From Nanobdellota archaeon (lineage in GTDB: Archaea; Nanobdellota; Nanobdellia; Pacearchaeales; GW2011-AR1), in the NCBI GenBank assembly GCA_038045945.1, contig JBBSXC010000004.1, forward strand, positions 160,001 through 224,000: 64,000 nucleotides of DNA, read 5' to 3'. The notes beneath the pieces are model-generated. The model was not told the DNA's origin, did no database searches, and saw only the letters and a program-made list of their open reading frames with translations. Positions 47,160 to 56,022 of the stretch are shown here, piece by piece (the first letter of the stretch is position 1; every line of letters starts with the position of its first letter). A program made the position numbers and the translations under genes.

Positions 47160-47212
47160 ACAGTTACGATAGTATAGAAAAGTATATAAATAATGTGCTT
47201 TTGTCTCATCTC

Positions 47213-47500
47213 ATGTTAAAAGTAAAAAAGATTAGTGAAATTTTAGGAAAAAAAGTATTCACCGACACTGGAGACTTCTTCGGAGAAGTTGAAGAAGTAA
47301 ACATTGTGGAGAACAAAATAGACGGTTGGAGAATAAGAGTAGCTGGAGAGTTTGGAGGATTCTTGGGAGGAGCAAGAGGAGTAATAATACCCCACCAATT
47401 CGTAAGAGCAATAGGAACAATAATGTTAGTAGCAAGAAGTTCGCTGCCAAACAATGAGTCTATGGAAGAATCAATGCCATCTGAAGAAGAGGCAATGTAA
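47213..47500 (+). CDS. PRC-barrel domain protein (CdpB-like)
   Basis: ISEILGKKVFTDTGDFFGEV, IIPHQFVRAIG. Confidence 0.85.
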   Translation: MLKVKKISEILGKKVFTDTGDFFGEVEEVNIVENKIDGWRIRVAGEFGGFLGGARGVIIPHQFVRAIGTIMLVARSSLPNNESMEESMPSEEEAM

Positions 47501-47527
47501 AAAATCCTAAAAAAAGAATAAAAAGCT

Positions 47528-48019
47528 ATGGTAACAACTTTCTTTTCATCACCATTCCTAGTACAGGTCTTACTACCATTCGTAATACTATTCCTGGTAA
47601 TATACGCAATACTACAAAAAACAAAAATTCTTAGCGGAGACAACAAAACACTAAACGTGGTAATATCACTAGCATTATCAATAATAGCAGTATCATTTGC
47701 GTACCCAACTGACATAATAACAAGAATAATACCATTATTCGCAGTAACAATAGTAATAGTATTAGTACTAATGATAATATTCGCATTCGCAGAAGGAAAA
47801 GACAAATTCGAACTAAACAACGGAATAAAATACGCAATTTGGGGAATAGCAGGATTTGCAATACTAGCAATGGTTATATGGGCAAGCGGAATATGGACTT
47901 ACCTAACAAACAAAACACATTCAAACTTACTATGGAACATAATATTCTTCATAATAATAATAGCAGTAATAATAGTAGCATCAATAGGCGGAAGTAGCGG
48001 CGGAGACAAGAAAAAATAA
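47528..48019 (+). CDS. Conserved membrane protein
   Basis: LLPFVILFLVIYAILQKTKIL; five TMs; paralog of next gene. Confidence 0.7.
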   Translation: MVTTFFSSPFLVQVLLPFVILFLVIYAILQKTKILSGDNKTLNVVISLALSIIAVSFAYPTDIITRIIPLFAVTIVIVLVLMIIFAFAEGKDKFELNNGIKYAIWGIAGFAILAMVIWASGIWTYLTNKTHSNLLWNIIFFIIIIAVIIVASIGGSSGGDKKK

Positions 48020-48100
48020 CTCAAAAATTCTCAAAGGACAATATTTTAAGATAAACCAGTTTAACAAAAGATATATAAATAACCCGTCCGTTTTTTTAGA

Positions 48101-48640
48101 ATGGGATTATTAGAGGGATTCGCAACATACGACGCTGGAATAACAAAAGTTTTAGCTGATTGGGAAAAAATGGGTGTTTTCGCATATGTACTACCATTCA
48201 TACTAATATTTGCAGTAACATACGCAATTCTAGAAAAGATACCAGTATTCAAAGGCAAAAAGGGAATAAACCTTGTAGTATCATTAGCAATAGGACTACT
48301 ATCGTTACAAATGAACTTTGTAGCAGTATTCTTCAGAGAAATATTCCCAAGAGCAGGAATAGGGCTATCAGTACTGCTCGTATCATTAATATTATGCGGA
48401 GCATTCATAGACTGGGAAGGAAAAAAACACCAATGGATATTCTTCGGAGTAGGAGCAGTAACATTCTTATTCATAATAGCTAACGCATTCTCAGCATACT
48501 CAGGATACACCACAAACTGGTGGGAAGATTACGGAAGCGCAATAGTAATACTAATACTAGTAATAACACTAATAGTATTATCAATGACTATGGGAAGCTT
48601 CTCATACTTAGGAAGATCAACAAGAATACAAAGAAAGTAA
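48101..48640 (+). CDS. Conserved membrane protein, paralog
   Basis: VLPFILIFAVTYAILEKIPVF...INLVVSLAIGL. Confidence 0.7.
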   Translation: MGLLEGFATYDAGITKVLADWEKMGVFAYVLPFILIFAVTYAILEKIPVFKGKKGINLVVSLAIGLLSLQMNFVAVFFREIFPRAGIGLSVLLVSLILCGAFIDWEGKKHQWIFFGVGAVTFLFIIANAFSAYSGYTTNWWEDYGSAIVILILVITLIVLSMTMGSFSYLGRSTRIQRK

Positions 48641-48758
48641 AAAAAATATTCTCAGAACCGCATAAAAAGAAAAAGAACAATAATTATCCTACGAGCTAAT
48701 AATACTTATAAACCAACAATTAATCAGTAAAACAGAGGAAGAAAGAACAATAACCATT

Positions 48759-48908
48759 ATGGACCTAACAAAAAAGTGCGAGAAGTGCAAAGGATTCAAA
48801 AGAATAAAAAAAGCGGACGGAACAATACAACCATGCTGGGACTGCCTAATGAGCGGAGAAATGGACCAACACTCAAAAGACGTAAAAGACTCAGGACTAA
48901 AAGTATAA
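48759..48908 (+). CDS. Small zinc-finger protein (49 aa)
   Basis: Not in ORF track. MDLTKKCEKCKGFKRIKKADGTIQPCWDCLMSGEMDQHSKDVKDSGLKV; A/C-ending codons match + strand genes. Confidence 0.7.
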   Translation: MDLTKKCEKCKGFKRIKKADGTIQPCWDCLMSGEMDQHSKDVKDSGLKV

Positions 48909-48924
48909 AAAAACTAAAAACTAA

Positions 48925-49656
48925 TTATTTCTTAACCTTCTTCTTACTCTTCTTCCTTCTAGGCTTAACAACACGACCATTACCAATACTCCTAGACAAA
49001 GGCTCAATAATCTTAGAAAAAGAATTCTGAGTAGACTGTAAATCACTACCCAAATCCTGAATGTTCTGACCATACTCACCAATCTTACGAATAATAGAAT
49101 CCTGCAAAGTATCAATAATAGACTCTATACGCTTAATCCTTTCCTTAAGAAGAATAATCTTATTATCCGTATCAGACTTAAAATCATCAATCTTAGACAA
49201 CTCAGACTTAATCTTAACAATCTTTTGATCAAACACTTGCTCAGCAATCTCGGAAAAAGCCTCAGAGCCTTGAGGTTGAGAATAAGAATACTGGGGGTAG
49301 TTATCACTAGTAACCACAGGAGAAGAATAGGGCTCATAATAATTCTGATCGGCACTCTGCTGATAAGGAGAATCCTGGGGTGGCTGGAAATTAGGAGAAG
49401 GGGTAGGAGGAGAAAAATTAGAGGGGGCAGGCGCTGGAGGAGCAGAATTATTCATAATACTCTGCTGCATATTAGAATCACTAGAAGGATCACCATGGGG
49501 ATTATACTCCTGAGAAACAGCACTCTTAACCTGAAACTGAGAAAGAGCATCCTCAATCTCACGAGGCATAAAACCCTGATTCCTCAAATCAGTAACGATT
49601 TGAGAATCGGACCTACCAGCAGACTTGAGATCCTCAACCTGTTTAATAAGAGACAT
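48925..49656 (-). CDS. Hypothetical protein: helical N-terminus, Pro/Ser/Gln linker, coiled coil
   Basis: GRSDSQIVTDLRNQGF...IEDAL; low-complexity middle; heptads. Confidence 0.7.
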   Translation of the reverse strand: MSLIKQVEDLKSAGRSDSQIVTDLRNQGFMPREIEDALSQFQVKSAVSQEYNPHGDPSSDSNMQQSIMNNSAPPAPAPSNFSPPTPSPNFQPPQDSPYQQSADQNYYEPYSSPVVTSDNYPQYSYSQPQGSEAFSEIAEQVFDQKIVKIKSELSKIDDFKSDTDNKIILLKERIKRIESIIDTLQDSIIRKIGEYGQNIQDLGSDLQSTQNSFSKIIEPLSRSIGNGRVVKPRRKKSKKKVKK

Positions 49657-50012
49657 TAGAGTTTAGACTCCTGAATAATTCTTTTAACATCATCAACTGT
49701 AGTAAGCTTCAAAGGCTCAAACATACGAGCCTGACGCTGCAAAATCTCCAAATCAGCCTTACGAGCACGAGACTCAACATCCTCAGAAATCCTCCTAACA
49801 GAACCGGTCAACTTATCAACATCATCCCTAACAGCATCAAGAACAGACTTCATAGAAGAAACACCATGGGAAATCTCGGAACGAAAATCAACCAAGTTCT
49901 CACCAATTAAAAGAATCCTTTCTTTGAGAAGCTTATGCTTCTCCTCAAGATCCCTAAGCTTAGCAATAGGAGAGAATTCATCCTGAGAAACAAAACCTTG
50001 TTGTTCAACCAT
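49656..50012 (-). CDS. Coiled-coil hypothetical protein
   Basis: Heptad pattern; translationally coupled to 48925 gene; divergent from pilus ATPase. Confidence 0.7.
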   Translation of the reverse strand: MVEQQGFVSQDEFSPIAKLRDLEEKHKLLKERILLIGENLVDFRSEISHGVSSMKSVLDAVRDDVDKLTGSVRRISEDVESRARKADLEILQRQARMFEPLKLTTVDDVKRIIQESKL

Positions 50013-50171
50013 CTTTATATTATTAAGAATAGGATGATGAGTTTAAAATACTTACTGTCATAAGCAACGACAAAACAAGGTATAGAAAGAGTTTTTAATA
50101 ACACAAAACATCAAAACAATGAGCAACGAAACAAAGAAATTTGTTTAAGCAAAAAAAGAAGGAAAAAAATA

Positions 50172-52478
50172 ATGTTATTCAAAAAAGAGACACAACAATA
50201 CGGATACGAAATTATCAGAGAAAGCGGACAAGACATAATGTACATCAACTTCCTAAAAGTACCATTCGTGCCATCGATAGCAGAACAAGGACAAATAATG
50301 GCAAGAATAATAGACTACCTAATAGAAAACCCGAACACATCAAGAATAGTACTAGTACAACAAAGAAACTACAGCCACTCATTCTCACAAGTAAGCCTAC
50401 TAACAGAAATAGCAAGCTTATACAACACACTAATACAACAAGTAGGGCTACTAAGAGTCGACCCCAGAACACAAAACATTTGCAGAGAATGCACAGAAAG
50501 AAGAAACAAAAACATGACATACTTCCTAAGCATACTAAAACAAGACCCAATAGCAGCATACTACGAAATAAAAAGATTCAGAAACGAAGAAGAAGGAAAA
50601 ATAAATGTATCAGAACAAAAATGCAGAACGATAATAAACGACAACATAAGAGTAATAGAAAGAACAACAATGCTACTAGAATCAACAAGCATATACAAAA
50701 AACTAGAATCATCACTACCATATTACAAATTCGGTGAAAGAGAAATATACAACAATGTTCTACAACCAGACGTAGTACCAAACTTTACATTCACAAGACT
50801 CCTTGCATCACTACCAACAGACGCAGAAATAGTAAAACAATACCAAATAGCAGAAGGAAGCGACGAAAGCACAGTAACAATAATGAAAAAGAAAGACGAC
50901 CTAAAATACTTCTACCACCTAATGCCGCCAGAATACTCGTTAAGTGAAGACCATTACTACCTGCTAAACCTAGCAAGAAACGTACTAGTAGAACACGCAC
51001 CAAAAAACGAAGAATTCACAGACCCAGAAAGAACAAGACACGTATTCATAAACGTAAGCAAAGATCTCCTAAGAGAATTAGCCGCAAACAAAGGAGTAGC
51101 AATAAGCTACCAAGACCTAGAAAAATTAGCAAACATACTAGTGAGACACACAATAGGATTCGGAATACTAGAAGTATTACTACAAGACGAAAACATACAA
51201 GACATGATGCTAAACGCACCAGCAAGCATAAACCAAATATTCATAAAACACGGAGAATTCGACGAATGCGTAACAAACATAATACCAAGCCAAGAAGACG
51301 TACAATCGTGGGCAGCAAAATTCAGAATACTATCAGGAAGACCACTAGACGAAGCAAACCCGGTACTAGACACAAACTTGGAACTCGGAAGAATGAGTGC
51401 GAGAGTAGCAATAATACAACAGCCACTATCGCCAAACGGATTAGCATACGCATTTCGAAGACACAGAGACAACCCATGGACACTACCACTATTCATAAAA
51501 AACAAAATGTTAAGCCCACTAGCAGCAGGACTACTATCATTCCTAATAGATGGAGCAAGAACATTCCTAGTAGCAGGAACAAGAAGCAGCGGAAAAACAT
51601 CACTACTAGGAGCACTAATGCTAGAGATAATGCCCAAGTACAGAGTAATAGTACTAGAAGACACACTAGAACTACCAGTAGAGGCACTAAGAGAAATAGG
51701 GTACGATATTCTAAGAATGAAAGTAAGAAGCGCACTACTAGAAAAAACAAGCGAAGTAGCAGCAGACGAAGGAATAAGAACCTCGCTTAGACTAGGAGAC
51801 TCATCACTTATAGTTGGAGAAGTAAGAAGCATAGAAGCAAGAGCACTATACGAAGCAATGAGAGTAGGAGCACTAGCAAACGTAGTAGCTGGAACAATAC
51901 ACGGAGCATCACCATATGGAGTATTCGACAGAGTAGTAAACGACCTAGAAGTACCAGCAACAAGCTTCAAAGCAACAGACCTAATAATAATAGCAAACCC
52001 AGTAAGAAGCGCAGACGGACAAAAAAGCTACAGACGCATGATACAACTAACAGAAGTAAGAAAGGGATGGAGTAAAGATCCTGAAGAAGAACACGGATTC
52101 GTAGACCTACTAAGATACAACGTAGAAAAAGACATGCTAGAACCAACAGACGAACTAATAAACGGAGACAGCGAAGTAATAAAAGCAATAGCAGCAAACG
52201 TAAAAGGGTGGGCGGGAAACTGGGACGCAGTATGGGACAACATCCAACTAAGAGCAAAAATAAAAGAAGAAATAGTAAAACAAGCAGAAAAAAACAAAAC
52301 ACCAGAATTATTAGAAGCAAAATTCAACAGCTTAAGCAACTCAGCATTCTACAAAATAAGCGAAAAAGTAACAAAACAAGAAGGACTACCAAAAAGCGAA
52401 ATAGTATTCCCGCAATGGGAAGAATGGCTAAAACAAAAAATAAAAGAAATAAAAAGCGGGAAGAATAAAGAAGATTAG
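50172..52478 (+). CDS. Type IV pilus / type II secretion ATPase (VirB11/TadA family)
   Basis: Walker A GTRSSGKT, LEDTLEL, SLRLG....IVGEVRS.EA, GTIHG. Confidence 0.93.
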   Translation: MLFKKETQQYGYEIIRESGQDIMYINFLKVPFVPSIAEQGQIMARIIDYLIENPNTSRIVLVQQRNYSHSFSQVSLLTEIASLYNTLIQQVGLLRVDPRTQNICRECTERRNKNMTYFLSILKQDPIAAYYEIKRFRNEEEGKINVSEQKCRTIINDNIRVIERTTMLLESTSIYKKLESSLPYYKFGEREIYNNVLQPDVVPNFTFTRLLASLPTDAEIVKQYQIAEGSDESTVTIMKKKDDLKYFYHLMPPEYSLSEDHYYLLNLARNVLVEHAPKNEEFTDPERTRHVFINVSKDLLRELAANKGVAISYQDLEKLANILVRHTIGFGILEVLLQDENIQDMMLNAPASINQIFIKHGEFDECVTNIIPSQEDVQSWAAKFRILSGRPLDEANPVLDTNLELGRMSARVAIIQQPLSPNGLAYAFRRHRDNPWTLPLFIKNKMLSPLAAGLLSFLIDGARTFLVAGTRSSGKTSLLGALMLEIMPKYRVIVLEDTLELPVEALREIGYDILRMKVRSALLEKTSEVAADEGIRTSLRLGDSSLIVGEVRSIEARALYEAMRVGALANVVAGTIHGASPYGVFDRVVNDLEVPATSFKATDLIIIANPVRSADGQKSYRRMIQLTEVRKGWSKDPEEEHGFVDLLRYNVEKDMLEPTDELINGDSEVIKAIAANVKGWAGNWDAVWDNIQLRAKIKEEIVKQAEKNKTPELLEAKFNSLSNSAFYKISEKVTKQEGLPKSEIVFPQWEEWLKQKIKEIKSGKNKED

Positions 52479-52616
52479 ACTTTTATTTTTTGTTTTAGAT
52501 AGAAATTTAATTATCTGCTAATCAACCCATTCTAAATAATGTTGCCTTGATCTTTTGTGGACTAGGTTTTTCTTTATGGCACATATAACGGTAGTATCTG
52601 TATTCACAACTACACC

Positions 52617-52853
52617 TCATCTTTCTTCACTTCTTTTTTCAAGATAAGCCGCAACTCCAAAAGCCGTAAGGCTAATACCTAAAACTACGGCTGTTGGGCC
52701 TAAAAGTTCCGGATCATAAACTTTTGCGCCCTGTTCGTTTGGACCAATAAAATCGCCAACACCCTTAAGCAGGCCATAATAAGTTCCAGCCATAACTGAC
52801 CCGCCAAATAGCAAGGCTAAGTCTAGCTTTGAGAGTCTTCTTCTTTCATTCAT
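52617..52853 (-). CDS. Small two-TM protein
   Basis: SD GGAGGT upstream; two hydrophobic segments. Confidence 0.6.
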   Translation of the reverse strand: MNERRRLSKLDLALLFGGSVMAGTYYGLLKGVGDFIGPNEQGAKVYDPELLGPTAVVLGISLTAFGVAAYLEKRSEER

Positions 52854-52915
52854 TTTTTACCTCCAAAATATTTATTCATTACTACCATGTACTCCTCAAA
52901 GCCTTTTGAATCTAA

Positions 52916-52936
52916 GTTGTTATTAAACATAACAAC
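52916..52936. promoter_or_regulatory. Inverted repeat, candidate TrmB operator
   Basis: GTTGTTAT-N5-ATAACAAC in the divergent intergenic region. Confidence 0.5.
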
Positions 52937-52966
52937 AATTAAAAAGCTAAAAATCAATGTTTTCAT

Positions 52967-53695
52967 ATGGATATTTATGAACAGTTAGGAGAAGCTGGCC
53001 TAACAGGTAATGAATCAAAAGTTTACAAGGAATTATTGGTAAGGGGTCAGTCTTCAGCAAATAGGATAGCAAAACAACTATCAATGGATAGAACACTAAG
53101 CTATACTGTACTAAACCACCTAATAGAAAAGGGATTGGTGAGTTATACTGTAAAAGAAGGTAAAAAATTCTTTGAAGCATCAAATCCCAAAAATCTCTTA
53201 AACCAAGTAAAGAAAAAAGAGCTAATAATAGGAGAATTAATAAAAGAGTTAAGTAAAATAAAAAAAAATTCTAATTCGCCTTTAGAAATTAATGTGTATG
53301 AAGGAAGAGAGGGACTAAGGAGTTGGTTCAACTTCGTTCTAGATAAGAGTAAAGAGTTCTTATCATTTGGAGCAACTGGAAAAGCATTTTATGAACTTTA
53401 TGAAATGCCTGCACTAACAAAAAACGTAAAAAAGATGAAGCTAAAAGTAAGAATCGTAGGCAACAAGGAACATCAAAAAACAGAAGCATTCAATGTGCCT
53501 CATGTAGAATATAGGTATTTAGACGTTAAGTCAGAGGCAACAACATCGATATTTGGAGAATACATTTCAATACATCTCATAAAAGAAAAACCATTCATAA
53601 TACTAATAAAAAATAAGGAAATAGCAGAAAGTTACAAGAACTATTTTGAGGTCTTATGGTCCAGCGCTAAGAAATATAAAGTGGGGAAAGCATAA
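52967..53695 (+). CDS. TrmB-family transcriptional regulator
   Basis: GLTGNESKVY..LL, Y.VL..L.EKGLV wHTH, VYEG.EG, A.SY..YFE.LW. Confidence 0.9.
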   Translation: MDIYEQLGEAGLTGNESKVYKELLVRGQSSANRIAKQLSMDRTLSYTVLNHLIEKGLVSYTVKEGKKFFEASNPKNLLNQVKKKELIIGELIKELSKIKKNSNSPLEINVYEGREGLRSWFNFVLDKSKEFLSFGATGKAFYELYEMPALTKNVKKMKLKVRIVGNKEHQKTEAFNVPHVEYRYLDVKSEATTSIFGEYISIHLIKEKPFIILIKNKEIAESYKNYFEVLWSSAKKYKVGKA

Positions 53696-53720
53696 AATAT
53701 GGTCGTAAAGAGGTGTGAAA

Positions 53721-55883
53721 ATGGCGTATAATGATGATGAAACAAGAAGAATAATAGAAAAGTATGAAAGAAAACTAGGAAACCAAATAAACCTAAGCAA
53801 CACAAGAACAAATTCTGGAATAGGGGGAGTAGATATGTCACGAGAATACTCACAATTCAAAGAAGAAATGATACCTCAAATATCAAGATACGAAAGACTA
53901 TGCAAAAGCCTAGGAAGCATAATAACAGTAAAAGTATCAAGCAAAGACGAAGGAAAAATACAAAGATCACTAGACATAGCACACCTAGAAATAACGCCGG
54001 GAGAATCATTTGGTCTGGCAATAATGGCATTACTAATAGTAATGATACTAGGAATAATAAGCGCGACAATAATATACCTACTAACAAACGAAATATCACT
54101 ATCATTTATTTTCTTATCATTCCTAACAGCAATATTTTTGTTCTATTACTATTACTCAACACCAGAAAGATTAGCAAACAAATGGAGACTGAAAGCAAGC
54201 AGCCAAATGGTACCATGCATGCTATACGTAGTAGCATACATGAAACACACAAGCAACTTAGAAAGAGCAATACAATTTGTAAGCCAAAACCTACCAGCAC
54301 CACTATCACTAGACTTCAAAAAAGTATTCTACGATGTAGAAACAGGAAGATACTCGAGCATAAAGGAAAGCCTAGACCATTACTTAGAAACATGGAGAGA
54401 TTACAGCATAGAATTCGTAGAAAGCTTCCACTTAGTAGAAAGCAGCTTGTACGAACCAGATGAATCGGAAAGACTCAGAATACTAGAAAGATCACTGCAG
54501 GTAATACTAGATGGAGTATACGAAAAAATGTTAAAGTTCAGCCATGAAGTAAGAAGCCCATTAACAAACCTATACATGCTAGGAATAGTACTACCAACAC
54601 TAGGGCTAGCACTACTGCCACTGGCAAGCGCACTACTAGGAGGAATAGTAAAATGGTACCACATAGTACTATTATTCAACATAATAATACCATTAGGAGT
54701 ATTTTATCTGTCAAGCCAAATAATGCTAAAAAGGCCAGGAGGATACGGAGAAACAGACACACTAGAAAAAAATCCTTATTACCCAGAATACAAATCAACA
54801 AGTCATTATTGGAAAGCACTAATAATAGTACTACCACTAATAATACTAGGACTATCACCACTGTTCATAACACAAATAATAGGACAAGACCCGAAAATGA
54901 CAGACCTAGGACTAAGCATATTCGGACCAGTAAAAGTTTTTGATTACCAAACAGCAGCAAACGGAAAAGTGACAGGGCCATTTGGGCTAGGGGCACTAAT
55001 ACTAAGCTTATTCTTACCATTAGGAATAGCAATGTTTTTCGCAATAGCATACAAAGCAAAAACAAAAAATTTGATACAGGCACGCGAAAAATCAAAAAGT
55101 TTAGAAGAAGAATTCGCAAGTTCACTATTCCAACTAGGAAACAGAATAGGTGACGGAACACCAGCAGAATTAGCATTCGGAAAAGTAGCAGAATCATCAA
55201 AAGGACAAATAACAGCAGAATTCTTCAACGTAGTAAACATAAACATAAAACAAGTAGGAATGAGCCTAGAAGAAGCAATATTCAATAATTCAAGAGGAGC
55301 AATAATATACTACCCATCAAACCTGATAGCAACAAGCATGAGAATCCTCACAGAAAGCGTAAAGAAAGGCCTGGCTGTAGCTGCAAGAAGCCTAATGAGC
55401 ATAAGCGAATACATAAAAAACATACACAAAATAAACGAAAGACTAAGAGATTTATTAGCAGAAGTAGTATCAGACATGAAAAGCAACATGACATTCCTAG
55501 CACCACTACTATCGGGAATAGTACTTGGGCTAGCATTCATGATAACAGCAATACTATCAAGACTAGAACTACTATTCCAAGCAGGAGGAGACCAAGCGAT
55601 AGAAGGATTCGGAAATTTGTCATCAATACTAACAATATTCGACCTAAAATCAATGATACCACCATACTTCCTACAAGCATCAATAGGAATATACATAATA
55701 GAAATAGCATTCATACTAACAAACGCGCTAGTAACAGTAGACTCTGGAGAAGACGAACTAAAAAAAACAAACGAGCTAGGAAAAAACCTAAAAACAGGAA
55801 TAATACTATACATAATAGTAGCACTAATATCAACAGTAACACTAGCAATACTAGCATCAGTAGCTTTGAAAGGTGTAGGTTAG
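53721..55883 (+). CDS. Type IV pilus platform membrane protein (TadB/TadC, T2SS-F-like, double domain)
   Basis: Two repeats of cytoplasmic helical domain plus TMs (SNLERAI; QLGNRIGDGTPAELA); SD GAGGTG; follows ATPase. Confidence 0.8.
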   Translation: MAYNDDETRRIIEKYERKLGNQINLSNTRTNSGIGGVDMSREYSQFKEEMIPQISRYERLCKSLGSIITVKVSSKDEGKIQRSLDIAHLEITPGESFGLAIMALLIVMILGIISATIIYLLTNEISLSFIFLSFLTAIFLFYYYYSTPERLANKWRLKASSQMVPCMLYVVAYMKHTSNLERAIQFVSQNLPAPLSLDFKKVFYDVETGRYSSIKESLDHYLETWRDYSIEFVESFHLVESSLYEPDESERLRILERSLQVILDGVYEKMLKFSHEVRSPLTNLYMLGIVLPTLGLALLPLASALLGGIVKWYHIVLLFNIIIPLGVFYLSSQIMLKRPGGYGETDTLEKNPYYPEYKSTSHYWKALIIVLPLIILGLSPLFITQIIGQDPKMTDLGLSIFGPVKVFDYQTAANGKVTGPFGLGALILSLFLPLGIAMFFAIAYKAKTKNLIQAREKSKSLEEEFASSLFQLGNRIGDGTPAELAFGKVAESSKGQITAEFFNVVNINIKQVGMSLEEAIFNNSRGAIIYYPSNLIATSMRILTESVKKGLAVAARSLMSISEYIKNIHKINERLRDLLAEVVSDMKSNMTFLAPLLSGIVLGLAFMITAILSRLELLFQAGGDQAIEGFGNLSSILTIFDLKSMIPPYFLQASIGIYIIEIAFILTNALVTVDSGEDELKKTNELGKNLKTGIILYIIVALISTVTLAILASVALKGVG

Positions 55884-56022
55884 TGTTAAAATCATAAATC
55901 GTGTCAGCATGAAACAGCAACAACACTAAAAAGGAACAGTTTAAGAAATAATAGCTCCTAAAGAGTAGGTAATAAAGAAGAAATATTTATAAAGAAGAAT
56001 AAACACTCTAAAATAGAAGAAG

